This document shows positions 17,123 through 30,000 of a DNA stretch of 64,000 bases, one piece after another (position 1 is the stretch's first letter; each line of letters starts with the position of its first letter). The DNA lies in the NCBI GenBank assembly GCA_964016885.1, contig OZ024740.1:174406001-174470000 (forward strand). The letters run 5' to 3'. The DNA comes from Eledone cirrhosa (Eukaryota). Under the pieces are notes generated by a model that saw only the letters and a list, made by a program, of their open reading frames with translations, was not told the DNA's origin and made no database searches. Both the position numbers and the translations under genes were made by a program.

Positions 17123-17444
17123 TAATAATAATAATAATAATAATTTCTTTATTGGCCACAAGGTCTGACATCAAGAAAAACATTACAGACGGCACAGGAC
17201 GGTACGATGTGGGTTTTGTGCGTGTAAATATTTTTATTATTTATATAAGAAAAGAAAAAAAAAAGACATAGAAACATATATATATATATATAAACAATAA
17301 AAATGAAAATTGAAACAATGAAAAATTCCCCAATAGGGGGGGGGGGGGACCTCGAGGGTTACTCGTGGCGAAAACCACACAAAAGACCACGGCCACCCTG
17401 ACCACCAGGGCAAGCGCCCTCTCCCAAATTTTCCATTTCTCAAA

Positions 17445-20400
17445 CTACAGACGTATATTCAGAGCGGTCCCGTTCACTCGGACCATTCTCGCTACATTCA
17501 CCCACCTTTCAACAAACTTGCTAGAAGGCAGCACTTGCCTCTCCACCCTGATTTTCCTCTTCAAGTGAAACTTGAAAAAGTTAATTAGGGATTCGCCGAA
17601 GAGGAAAGTGTCTGTCTTTAACCCTTTTAACCTTGTCCACCACACAATCTCTTTCGTCATGGCCACCAGGCAGATGAAAACCGCCTGCCCTTCCTCCTCG
17701 AAGGAAGACGGCGAGACCATCTGCACAATGGACTCAGTCGATAACCGGATCAGTCCTACACGCGACAGCAACTGTTCGACATAGCTCCACAAGTCAGCAA
17801 TGCTTGGGCACTGAACGAGTGCGTGCACGACAGTTTCGTCGCTCTGCGCGCATCTCGGACAGGCTCGGCTGACGGCACTTCCGCACCTGTAGAGCTTCTC
17901 TCGAACCGGCAGCGCTCCCCGGTAGCACTGCCAGGCCAGGGATTTTTGGAAGTTATCCATAGGCCCTGGGCTGAAAGTTCTCCGGAAGAGAGTAAACAGC
18001 TGATCTTCTTCGACGCCCAGGATCTCTCCGAGAATGTCGTTGCTCTTCCCCTCCACTAGTCCTCTATAGAACGCCGAGGTGGATGTTCCACCGATACTGG
18101 TGCCCAGCTGGCAAAGGGCAGTGAACGCCTGGAGACATTCCAGTTTCCAGGCGCTATCCCTCGGTCTTTTTCTGACCCAGGACTGCAGCTCCGTCAAGGA
18201 CACGAGCTGTGGGAAAACGTGCCTGGCGAACGGCGACTACACCTGTTCACCGTCAAGGAAGCACCAGAGATGTCGCAGCCTCAGCGCATATTTGCGCATC
18301 ATCAGCCATGGCATGCCCAGTCCTCCACGCAACGGGTGTTGACACCAGATGGATCGTCTGACCATGGGAGCGCGTCCCTTCCACAAAAAACGGAAGAGAA
18401 GGCACTCCATTTTGGTGAGAGTGGGGCCGAGGCAAGGGACGACGGTGAGGCGGTAGCAGATGACAGATACGATGTACGCATTCGCCACTTCCGCCCGGCC
18501 TTTCAGGAACAGTTTCCTCTCGGCCCATTTCTGGGTGAGGGAGGCCACCTTGCTCGTCACCTCGTTCCAGTTTTTCTCCATCTGAAGGTCCGGTCCGAAC
18601 CAGACCCCGAGCAATTTAACCGGTCCGTCCAACGCCCCACGACGCTGTCGGACGGCATGGACTTGCCTCTCCAGGTGCCGAGCTGCAAGCCCACCGACTT
18701 TTCCTGGTTTATCTTTGCTCCTGTCACCGCTTCGTATTCCTTGAGAGCGGTGCCGAGCATCTGGACGTGTCTGGTGCTCGACACCACCACGGTGACGTCG
18801 TCGGCGTAAGCCGACTCGGATTTCCCGCATCCTAGTTCGCGTGGGACGCCCCTCATCGCCCCCAATTTGTGCAGTAACGGCTCGAGAGCCAATACGTACA
18901 AGAGGGACGAGAGGGGGCAACTATGGCGGACTGAGCGCATGATGCTGAACGGCTGCGACAGGTGACCGTTCACCCTCACAACTGAGCAGATGTCGCTGTA
19001 CATCGCTGCGATCCAACCCCTGAAAACGGCCCCGAAACCGGCTGCCTCGAGGACCGCCGCCAGGTACCGATGGTCGACCCTATCGAATGCTTTGGATTGA
19101 GCCAAGTTGGTCAGAGCCCCACCCGTGCCAGGTTCCTTAACCACCCTCTCTATGATGTATCGCATGAGGTGGAGGTTGTCGTGTATGGATCTGTCCGGAA
19201 TGACGCATATCTGCGCCTCTCCCACCAGACCCTTGACGACAAGCGCCAACCTCGTTGCTAACACCTTGGCCAAAATTTTGAACTCTGCGTTTAGCAGGGT
19301 TATGGGCCTGAAATTATTGATAACATCCCCCTTGTTCAGGTCTTTTCTCAGCAGCGGCACCGCTCCCCGGCTCACAAAACTGGGAATGCTCCCGTTCTGC
19401 TGCCAGTTGAAGTAGACGTCTGCCAAGAGGTCACCGAACAAGTCTGGCATAAATGCATAAAGCTCGTAGGGCAGACCATCCAAACCTGGTGATTTACCCC
19501 TGGTGCAGTTAGCCACTGCTTCCCGTATTTCACCGGCTGTTATTGGCTTTTTCAACACTGTGCTGCGGTCGTCGAGAGCCGAAGCAGTCCGTCGAGGTAT
19601 GCACTGAAATCCATGCCCCGATCCGGGCCGCTGCTGCTCCCGAACAGTTCAGCAAAGTGCTGCTGAAAAGCTTCACACATCCGCTCGGGTTCGAGCATCA
19701 CGCACTCGTTTTGGTCAGACAAAGACTGAATTGTGGCTTTGTTGCCACGTCGCGCCTCTGCCACCCGGGCCCATTGGACGGCTTTTGTCCCCTTGTGTTT
19801 CAGAGCACGCGCTCTAGCTCTAACAACGCAGCCTTCGTGTTTTGCGTTGAAGAATTGGTCGAGTGCCAATCTCGCCGCAAGCACGTCGGTTGCGATGCCT
19901 GTCCTAAACGCCTCTTCTAGCTTTCTGACTAGCTCTCCCTATACTCTATTTTCCTCTATCACTCTACTTTAATTGCCCTTTTCAGGGCGAACCACCACCT
20001 GTTATTGACGACCGCTCCCGTCAACACCCGATTAACTAATACGCTAATCCGATTTCTGTAGGCTTTGCGCGCCGGGAATGACGCGTTCAGCTTCCAGTAA
20101 CCGGTCTCTTATCTATGAAGTCTGTCTATGTCGATCTCACAGATCACAAATTTGTGGTCTGTGTAGTCGACTATTTTAAATTGTGGACAACTTATACTAG
20201 CCTTATCTAGTTCTCTGTAGAATACCCTATCGAGATACGATCTGGATAACGCGATGCGGTTTGTCCATGTCCACATTGGCACATTCGGGTGATCCAGTCG
20301 ATACCTGTCAGACAGTTCAAAACGTCTGAGCAGGTTGGTGTGGCTCTTGCACCCTCCTCCCCTATCTACTAGCCCCACACAATCCCAGCGTGCATCCAGG

Positions 20401-20831
20401 ATACCGTTCCAGTCGCCCACTAACACTAAAGAGCGCGACGTTCCAAGAAAGGTCTCTAGACGTCTGAAGAAATCTGGCCGTCCTGTCCCTGTTATGGCGT
20501 AGACGGCTACTAGCCTGAAAACATTGCCTTCGCTGCCGGTCACGTCCAGCACCACCGACTTACCTTCTGGGTCTAGGAAGATGGCCCGTATGGCGAGATC
20601 CAAGCCTCTCCGAAAAAGGACGGCAACCCCTCCCCCCGATCCAGCACGCCTGGGAGATGCGTATACATCGTAGCCGAAGATCGGTGCGAAGGCTTGTGTT
20701 TCGGAGATTCTGGTCTCACTGATGGCCACCACATCTATGTTTAGTGACCTGAGGTCGTTGAGCAGGTGACCCTGCTTCCAAGATGACCTCAGGCCACGTG
20801 CATTTATACTGCCTATTCTGAGTACGGCCAT
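17445..20831 (-). pseudogene. Tx1 ORF2: APE endonuclease + reverse transcriptase + C-terminal CCHC, disrupted
   Basis: Pieces 20109-20831 (INARGL...GDWN...TDH), 19552-19884, 18557-19558 (KSPGLDGLP, NFRPITLLN, KAFDRVDH, SAYADDV), 18237-~18600 (GGLGMP) and 17445-18203 (CPRC...ETVVHALVQC). Confidence 0.93.
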
Positions 20832-21112
20832 GTTGCATGAGAAACGGGGCAAGTGAGAAAGGGTCACTTACCTTGATCGTGTGGTGAAGGGACAGTAGAA
20901 CAGTCCCTTTCGCTGGTCATGGGTGTTTCCAAGAGGATGTCAGTGTATATCCTCTTGGTAACCGACCCTCTGAAATCTCCAACTGCGTGGGGAATTTTTG
21001 TTTTAAAGGTTTTACTGTTCTATTGAGATTTCAATGATGCTTATGTTTGTCGGGAGAGTTCTTGGTGTTGGTGGGGTGTAGTAGTTTTTTTCTGTGATGT
21101 CTGTGTGCTGCT

Positions 21113-23012
21113 TTATATATTGTATGAGTTCTTTTTTTTGCCATGTTTATGGCTGTGTACTTTTTGGGGGGAGGGGTGATTTTGTTGCTGTTTTCTTCTT
21201 GTTGCTGTTTGGTGTGTGTGTTTTGTTTTGTTTACGTTGTTGGTGTTTTCGGTGATGCTGGTGGTGTGGTTTTTGTTGTCACTGGTACTTGTGGTGGTGA
21301 TGGTGATGGTGGTGGTGTTGCTGCAAGTTTCCTTGCTGCCTTTACCCCTCTTTGTATGCCTTCGCTTTTGGGGGGTGAATCTAAGGGTTTTTTTTCTTTT
21401 TTCTTTTTTCTTTTTTCTTTTTTCTTTTTTTCTTTTTTCTTTTTTCTTTTTTCTTTTTTCTTTTTTGTCGCAGACTGTTTGCCACTTCACTCCCGCCTCA
21501 AATTCCATGTCGGATTCCGTGGCGTCTGGGAGAGGTATGTGCTCCACGGCTGTTGGTGGGGGTAGTGGAGCCCTCTTCGGCAATTTTGTTGCTGGTGTAG
21601 CTACTTCAAATGTAGCTATTGGTGTTGCCGCCACTGATGCTGCTGCTTTAGTTGTCGGTGGCCTTGATACGGGTGCCACGAACGTTGCCCTGCTACTCAC
21701 CGTGGAAGGGGCTTCTGCGTTTGTTTCCTGCCCTGCTCTTGGTAGCAGCGGACCAGGTATTGGAAGGAGAGGGGCCTTCTTCTTCGCTGTCTTCTGCGGG
21801 CAAAAGGCCCTGAGGTGACCCTTCGACCCACAGCGATAACATTTTGGCCGTCTTCCTTCTACGCTTATAAGGAGTTGGAGTCCTTCCTCGATGTCTATGA
21901 TATCGGGGATAGCGTCGATACATTCCTGGTCAATTTGTATAAGCATTTTCATGCCTATACCTGACCAGTTCTCTCTCCCTATTTTCTCTACTTGTAGCAT
22001 GGTCGTCCTGTTCTCGATTCCAGCAAGGACAGACGCGGCCAGCCAAGGTATTGGGACGTCGGGTGGGACTTGGGTCACTTTGACCCTCACAATTTTCTGC
22101 CCGCAGTAGGAGGGCACCAAGACTATCTCCTCACTCTTTAGGGTTTCCAAAGAGTGAGACTTTGCTTCCTAGGGTGTGACGAAAAGTACGTCTACTGTGG
22201 CGTACTTTCTGCCTCGGGCGATGTGGATTTTGCGTGTCCAGGCGCACCCCAAGGCCTTTTGGATTTGAGCCTCCGTGGCTCTCTCCACCCAATGTGAGAT
22301 TTTGCTTACGGTGCGGTAAGTCACCGTCCGTAGCTGCTGGTCCTTGAAAAAATCGGGTGGAGGTTTCAGGGAGACTATTGGCGCTTCTTGTCACCATGGC
22401 CCTTGCGACTGCCATCTCCTCCTCTGTGACTAACACTGTCTCGATATTTCGGGCGACACCTGCAAAAGAAGTGGTCCCTTTTTCAGCAGCACCACTATTG
22501 CTGCCGCTACTGGTCTTACTGGTGGTGCTGAGATCGCTGTTACAGGTATCGGTGTCATTGTTGTTCTTTTCGCTGGTACAGTTGTTGGTGTTGTTTTCGT
22601 TGATACTGTTGCTGCTGTTACTGTTATTGTGGCTGTTGTTATTATTGTTGTTTTTGTTGATACTGTTCCTACTATTATTGTTCTTGTGGCTGTTGTTATT
22701 GTCATTGTTATTGTCGTTCTCGACCTTACCGCTGTTATTTTTGTTATTGCCGTTCTCGACTTTACCGCTGTTATTTTTGTTGTTGCTGTTGTTATTGATG
22801 GTGTTGTTGTTGGTGTTGTTGTTGGTGTTATTGTTGGTGTTGTTTGTGTTAGAAATATTTGTTAATTTTAAATCTGTAACAATCTTCTTTTCCTTTGTAA
22901 TATTTTCGTTTATATTTACCTCCGCTGGAACGCTGTCTTGTTGACATGCTGATAAAGTCTCCCTCTCTCCGTGTTGTCTGACAACGCTCTCTCTGTTTCT
23001 TGTGTTATCCAT
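21113..23012 (-). pseudogene. Tx1 ORF1 (gag-like, Asn-rich N-terminus, CCHC knuckle), frameshifted
   Basis: ORFs 22131-23012 and 21113-22150. Contains CYRCGSKGHLRAFC (CX2CX4HX4C), an Asn-rich tract and a Lys/Arg-rich tract. Confidence 0.88.
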
Positions 23013-23201
23013 GTTGAAATTTTTTTTTCAAAAAGAAATATTTTTACACAAATACGACACCCCGTAAAGGCGTGCCGTATTATTTACGAGTGCACCCCTG
23101 TATTAGGTGGGTCACTTCTTCTAAACTTTTATCAAATTTAAAACTTAAATAAAAGGTTTAGAACGGTTGAAAACGAGGTAAAATGTTGAAAAAAACTGGC
23201 G

Positions 23202-23245
<44 letters not shown>

Positions 23246-23247
<2 letters not shown>

Positions 23248-26200
23248 TTTCTTTATTAACCACAAGGGTTTACATAAAGTAGACATTAAGGACAGTGCAG
23301 GACAATACAGGACGGTACAAATGGGCATTTCTGCGTGTAAAAAACAAAAACAGAGGATGTAACAAAAAATAACAATGAAACATTCCCCAATAGGGGGGAA
23401 ACTTCGGAGGGACTTTTGTGGAGAAAGCCCAGTAAAAGGCCACAATGACCCTGACCACCAAGGCAAGTGCCCTCTCCCAGTTTTCCACCTTTAATTTACA
23501 GATATATACTCAGAGTAGGCCCATTCACTCGGGCCATTCTTGCTTCTCTCACCCATCTTTCAACAAAATGCTGGGAAGAGAGCACTGGGGAAATACGTCT
23601 CTAGCAAACGGGGACCACACCTGATCACCGTCGAGGAAGAGGTGGAGATGTCGTAGCCTGAGCGCGTGCCTGCGCATCATCAGCCACGGCATGCCCAGCT
23701 CTCCACGTAGCGGGTGTTGACAACAGATGGACCGCCTGACCATCGAAGCGCGTCCCTTCCACAAAAAGCGAAAGAGCAAACGCTCCAGCGCAGTCAGGCG
23801 AGGCTTAGGACAAGGTACGACGGTCAGGCGGTAGCAGATGACAGACGCGATGTACGCGTTAGCCACCTCCGCTCGACCTTTCAGGGATAGCTTCTTCTAC
23901 GCCCATTTCTGGGTGAGAGAAGCCACCCTGCTCGTCACCTCGTCCCAGTTTTTGTCCGTCTGGAGGTCCGGACCGAACCAGACCCCTAGCAATTTAACCG
24001 GTCCGTCCGTCCAGCGTCCGACGACGCTGTTGGACGGCATGGACCTGCCTCTCCAGGTGCCGAGCTGCAGGCCCACTGACTTTTCCTGGTTGATCATTGC
24101 TCCTGTCACCGCTTCGTATTCTCTTAGTGTAGTGCCGATCGCCTCGATGTGTTTGGCGTTCGACACCACTACGGTGACATCGTCCGCATATGCTGACACG
24201 GAGTCAATACGTACAAGAGGGACGAGAGGGGACATCCTTGGCGGACCGAGCGCATGATGTTGAACGGTTCCGACAGGTGACCGTTCACTCTCACCACAGA
24301 GCAGATGTCGCTGTGCATGGCAGCGATCCAGCCTCTGAAGACGGGCCCAAAGCCAGCCGCCCTCAGGACTGCCGCTAGGTAACTATGGTCGACCCTATCG
24401 AAAGCTTTCGACTGATCTAAATTGATCAAGGACCCACCCGTGCCATGTTCCCTAGCTACACTCTCTACTATGTATCGCATGAGGTGGAGGTTGTCGTGGA
24501 TGGATCTGTCGGGAATGGCGCATGTCTGCGCCTCTCCCACCAGACCACCAACGACAAGCGCCAACCTCTTTGCTAGCACCTTGGCCAAAATCTTGAACTC
24601 TGTGTTTAGCAGAGTTATGGGCCGGAAATTATCTATGTTATCCCCCTTGTTCGGATCCTTTCTCAGCAGTGCCACCGCTCCTCGGCTCACAGAACTGGGA
24701 ATTCTCCCGTTCTGTTGCCAGTTGCAGTAGACGTCCGCCAAGAGGCCTCCGAACAAGTCTGGTGAAGGGACCGTTGAATCGTCCCTTCGGCTGGTCGTCG
24801 ACTCTTCTATGAGTATGTCCGAATATACTCTTCGATTGATAGTTCCTCCTAGGTCACTGAAATCACCAACTGCGTTGGGGAATTTCGTTTTAATGTTTGT
24901 GTATTGTTTCTGTGCTATTTTTAGCGGTCTTATGTTAGTTGGCGTTTTGATTGGTGCTGGTATTATGTAGTCGTGTTGTGAAATGTCTGTGTGTTCAATT
25001 ATGTAAGTCATTAGTTTCTTGTTGTGTGTATTTATTGCCGTGCATTTGTTTTTCTGGGGGTGGGGTGTGGTTCTGCTATTTTCTTGTCGTTGTTGCTGGG
25101 TGTGTGTGTTTTGTTGTTGTGTTTGCGATGTTGGTGCTTGTGGTGGTGGTGTTGAAGGTGTTGTTGTTGTTGGCGGTGGGGTTGTCGCCGGTGGTGATGG
25201 TGGTGCTAGTGTGGGTGGTGATGGTGTTGGTGGTGTTGCTGCCGTGAGTCTTTTTGCAGTAGACTTTACCCTTTTCTCATTTCTTTCCTCCCTTTTCAGT
25301 GGCGACGATGCGCTGCTTCTGCGTTTGTGCCTTCTTACGACCTTTCCCACCTCACACTCCATGTCTGATTCTGTGAGGTCGGGGAGGGGTACCAGCTCCA
25401 CTCTTTCACTTGTTGTTGTTGGTAATGTTTGCACTGGAGTCTCTGTTGCAGCTGCATTTGGTATTGCTGTTGCTGTTGTTAATATTTCCACTGCTGCTGC
25501 TGTTTTTGATTTCCGTGGCGTGGGTATGGGTGCCACGGACCTATCGTTCCTGGTTGCCGCTTGTCCTGTTGCTGGTAGCAGTGGAGCCGGTTTCGGAAGG
25601 AGGGGAGTTTTCTCCTTTCTCAGGGTCGTATCGTTGGAGAAGGCCCTGAGGGGAGTCTTCGATCCACGGCGAAAGCATTTCGGGCGTTTGCCCTCAACAC
25701 TTATGGGCAGTTGAGTGACGTTATCGAAATCTATCACATCCGGGATAGCTTCGATGCACTCCTGGTTGGTTTGGATTAGCATCTCAATGGAGGTGCCGAC
25801 CCAATCTTCTCTTACTTTTTTCTGTACTTACAGTACAGTTGTTTTGTCCTCGATTCCGACGAGGACAGACGCGGCCAGCCAAGAGGGAGCCATCCCGGGG
25901 CCGACGTGGGTCAGTTTGACCCTCACAATTTTTTGCCCGCAGTAGGAGGGCACCAACACCATTTCCTTGCTCCTTAGGGTCACTACGGATTGAGCCTTTG
26001 CCTCCTGGGGTGTGGCAAAAAGTACGTCTACGGTGGCATATTTTTTGCCTCGGGTGATGTGCGTTTTCCGCTGCCACACAGACCCCAAGGCTTTTTGTAT
26101 TTGAGCCTCTGTGGCTCTTTCAACCCTACGGGATTTTGTACTTACTGTACGGTACGTGACCGTACAGTGCTGTTGGGTTTCGAAAAATTTTTCCGCTGCC

Positions 26201-27016
26201 TTACAGATTGCTCGGTGTCCAGTCTTTGTCACCATCTTCTTCGCTTCCTCTAATTCCTCAGTTGTTATGAGGATTGTTTCCAGGTTCTTCGCAATACCTG
26301 CAAACGAGATTGGTTTTTCTTTGCTGCTGTTGTTGTTGTTGTCGTCAGAGCTGCTGTTACCTTTGTTGTTGCTGCAGGTACTACGACTACTGCCTCCGCC
26401 GCTGTTGCTGTGGTTGTTGTTGGTGTTGCTGCTGCTAATGCTGTTGTTGTTTATGCTGCTGGTGATGCTGTTGCGGCTGCTACTGTTGTTTTCATTGTCA
26501 CTGTTGCTGTTGTTATTACGGCTGCTACTGCTATTATTCATGACGTCAGACGAATGAAATGGGTTTTCGTATTTCCCGCACACCTGTTTCGTCGTTGTCG
26601 TCGTCGTCGTGGAGAAATCTTGCACGCTTTGCACGAGACTTTTCTTTTCTGTCGTCGCTTGCGAAAGAGAAGGGAGGGAGAGAGACACATTTAAAGAAGG
26701 GAGGGAGAGAGACAATCTTCTCTCTGCTGTAGTGATGATTGAGGAAGAAGAAGACGGAATGAGTGGGAGTGACCTATGAAAATTCTTTTTCGTAGCCATG
26801 TTGTTTTTTTTGTTTAAAATAAATATTGGGCACAAAACCCCAATAAGCAGTTATTTAACCCCGAGGGGCCAAATAACGGGCAGAAAGACTCCTCTCACGA
26901 GGAGGAGGGTGTTTTTGTCTACAAGTTCGTTAAAGTTTTAAACAATTTACAATTGTTATAGCGTTCAAAATTTACAATTACTTACAGAGCCGAGCCTCCG
27001 TCAACCATAGCATTCA
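23246..27016 (-). mobile_element. L1/Tx1-clade LINE copy C, internally deleted
   Basis: ORF1 ATG at 26799. The endonuclease region is deleted (junction ~24761), with a second deletion near 23582. The 5' end matches copy D closely; bounded by (AAT)n. Confidence 0.92.
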
Positions 27017-27042
27017 ATAATAATAATAATAATAATAATAAT

Positions 27043-30000
27043 GTTTTCTTTATTAACCACAAGGGTTTACATAAAGTAGACATTAAAGACAGTACAGGAC
27101 AATACAGGACGGTACAAATGGGCATTTCTGCGTGTAAAAAACAAAAACAGAGGATGTAACAAAAAATAACAATGAAAAATTCCCCAATAGGGGGGAGACT
27201 TCCGAGGGACATTTATGGAGAAAGCCCATTAAAAGACCACAGTGACCCTGACCACCAGGGCAAGTGCCCTCTCCCAGTTTTCCACCTTTAATTTACAGAC
27301 ACATACTCAGAGAAGGTCCATTCATTCGGGCCATACTTGCTTCTCTCACCCATCTTTCAACAAAATGCTGGGAAGAGATTTTCCTTTACAAATGAAATTT
27401 GAAAAAGTTAATCAGGGCATCACCGAAGAGGTAAGTGCTCGTCTTCAGCCCTTTCAAACGTGTCCACCATACTATCTCTTTCGCCATGGCCACCAGACAG
27501 AATAAAACTGCCTGCCCTTCCCGGCTAAAGGAAGAGGGCGGGGCAATCCTCACGATGGACTCAGCTGATAGCTGGATCCGTCCTACACGTGACAGCAGGT
27601 GTTCGACATAAACCCACAAGTCAGCAATGCTCGGACACTGGACGAGTGCGTGCAGAACGGTTTCGTCGCCCTGTGCGCATCTCGGACATGCCCGGCTGAC
27701 GGCACCTCCATGCCTGTAGAGTTTATCCCGAACTTGCAAAGCACCCCGGTAGCACTGCCAGGCCAGGGATTTCTGGAAGTTGTCCATAGGCCCCGGCCCG
27801 AAAGTCCTTCCGAAGAGATTGGCTAGTTGATTTTCGTCGACGCCTAGAGTTTCTCCAAGTACGTCGTCGCTCTTACCCTCCACTAATCCCCTATAGAACG
27901 CCAAGGTGGAGTTTCCACCGATCACATTGCCCGATTGGTCGAGGGCTGTGAACGCCTGAAGACATTCCAGTCTCCAAGCGCTCCCTCTCGGCCTTCACTT
28001 GACCCAGGACTGCAGCTCCGTCAAGGAGACGAGCTGGGGAAAAACGTGTCTAGCAAACGGCGACCACACCTGATCACCGTCGAGGAAGAGGTGGAGATGT
28101 CGTAGCCTGAGCGCGTCTCTGCGCATCATCAGCCACGGCATGCCCAGCCCTCCACGTAACGGGTGTTGACAACAGATGGACCGCCTGACCATCGGAGCGC
28201 GTCCCTTCCACAAAAAGCGAAAGAGCGAACGCTCCAGAGCAGTCAGGCGGGGCTTAGGACAAGGTACGACGGTCAGGCGGTAGCAGATGACAGACGCGAT
28301 GTACGCGTTAGCCACCTCCGCTCGACCTTTCAGGGATAGCTTCCTCTACGCCCATTTCTGGGTGAGAGAAGCCACCCTGCTCGTCACCTCGTCCCAGTTT
28401 TTGTCCGTCTGGAGGTCCGGACCGAACCAGCCCCTAGCAATTTAACCGGTCCGTCCGTCCAGCGTCCGACGACGCTGTTGGACGGCATGGACCTGCCTCT
28501 CCAGGTGCTGAGCTGCAGGCCCACTGACTTTACCTGGTTGATCATTGCTCCTGTCACCGCTTCGTATTCTCTTAGTGTAGTGCCGATCGCCTCGATGTGT
28601 TTGGCGTTCGACACCACTACGGTGACATCGTCCGCATATGCTGACACGGAGTCAATACGTACAAGAGGGACGAGAGGGGACATCGTTGGCGGACTGAGCG
28701 CATGATGTTGAACGGTTCCGAAAGGTGACCGTTCACTCTAACCACAGAGCAGATGTCGCTGTGCATGGCAGCGATCCAGCCTCTGAAGACGGGCCCAAAG
28801 CCAGCCGCCCTCAGTACTGCCGCTAGGTAACGATGGTCGACCCTATCGAAAGCTTTCGACTGATCTAAATTGATCAAGGACCCACCCGTGCCAGGTTCCC
28901 TAGCTACCCTCTCTACGATGTATCGCATGAGGTGGAGGTTGTCGTGGATGGATCTGTCGGGAATGGCGCATGTCTGCGCCTCTCCCACCAGACCACCAAC
29001 GACAAGCGCCAACCTCTTTGCTAGCACCTTGGCCAAAATCTTGAACTCTGTGTTTAGCAGAGTTATGGGCCTGGAATTAGGTATGTTATCCCCCTTGTTC
29101 GGATCCTTTCTCAGCAGTGCCACCGCTCCTCGGCTCACAGAGCTGGGAATTCTCCCGTTCTATTGCCAGTTGCAGTAGACGTCCGCCAAGAGGCCTCCGA
29201 ACAAGTCTGGCATCTGTACGTAAAGTTCATAGGGCAGACCATCCAAACCAGGCGATTTACCCCTTGTGCAACCAGTCATTGCCTCCCGTACTTCAGCGGC
29301 TGTTATCGGCTTTTCGCAACACTCCGCCTCAGTGGCCGAGAGCCGCGGCAGTCCGTCGAGGTAGACACTAAAGTCCATCCTTCGATCCGGCCCACCACTG
29401 CCTCCGAACAGCTGAGCGAAGTGTCGCTGAAAAGCTTCACACATTTGCCCGGGATCGAGTAGCATGCGCCCGTCGTGGTCTACCAAAGACCGGATCGTGG
29501 ATTTGTTGCCACGACGCACCTCCGCCACTCGGGCCCATTGAGCGGCTTTCGTCCCCTCGTATCTGAGAGCACGCACCCTAGCTCTGACAACGCAGCCTTC
29601 GTGCTTTGCATTGAAGAATTGGTCAAGGGCCAATTTCACCGCAAGCACGTCGGTCGCAATGCCTTTGCTAAGCGCCTCCTCTAATTTTCTAACTAGTTCT
29701 CCCTCTGCTCTATTTTTCTCTGTAGCTAAAGCTTTACTAAACCTAATGGATTCTATTCTAATCGCTCTTTTCAGAGCAAACCACCACTTGTTGTTGGCGA
29801 TGGCACCCGTCATCAACTAGTTCGCTAATCCGGTCTCTGTAGGCCTTGTGCGCTGGTAAGGACGCGTTTAGCTTCCAGTAGCTGGGTCCTCGTCTATGAA
29901 GCCTATTTAAGTCAAGTGCACAGTCCCAGCGTGCATCTAAGATCCCGTTCCAGTCGCCCACTAACACTAAAGAGCGGGACGTTCCAAGAAAGGTCCCCAG

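Larger units (their letters stand above)
17145..23202 (-). mobile_element. L1/Tx1-clade LINE copy B, apparently full length (~6 kb), frameshifted
   Basis: Contains ORF1 and ORF2 (APE-RT-zf-RVT). The 3' end is CCTTGTGGCCAATAAAGAAA-(TTA)n, and (AAT)n tracts lie at both ends. Confidence 0.95.

Noticed and set aside
24169-25782. 537-aa novel protein
   Set aside because: Artefactual ORF1-RT fusion from a deletion; it leaves the RT frame before the YADD motif.
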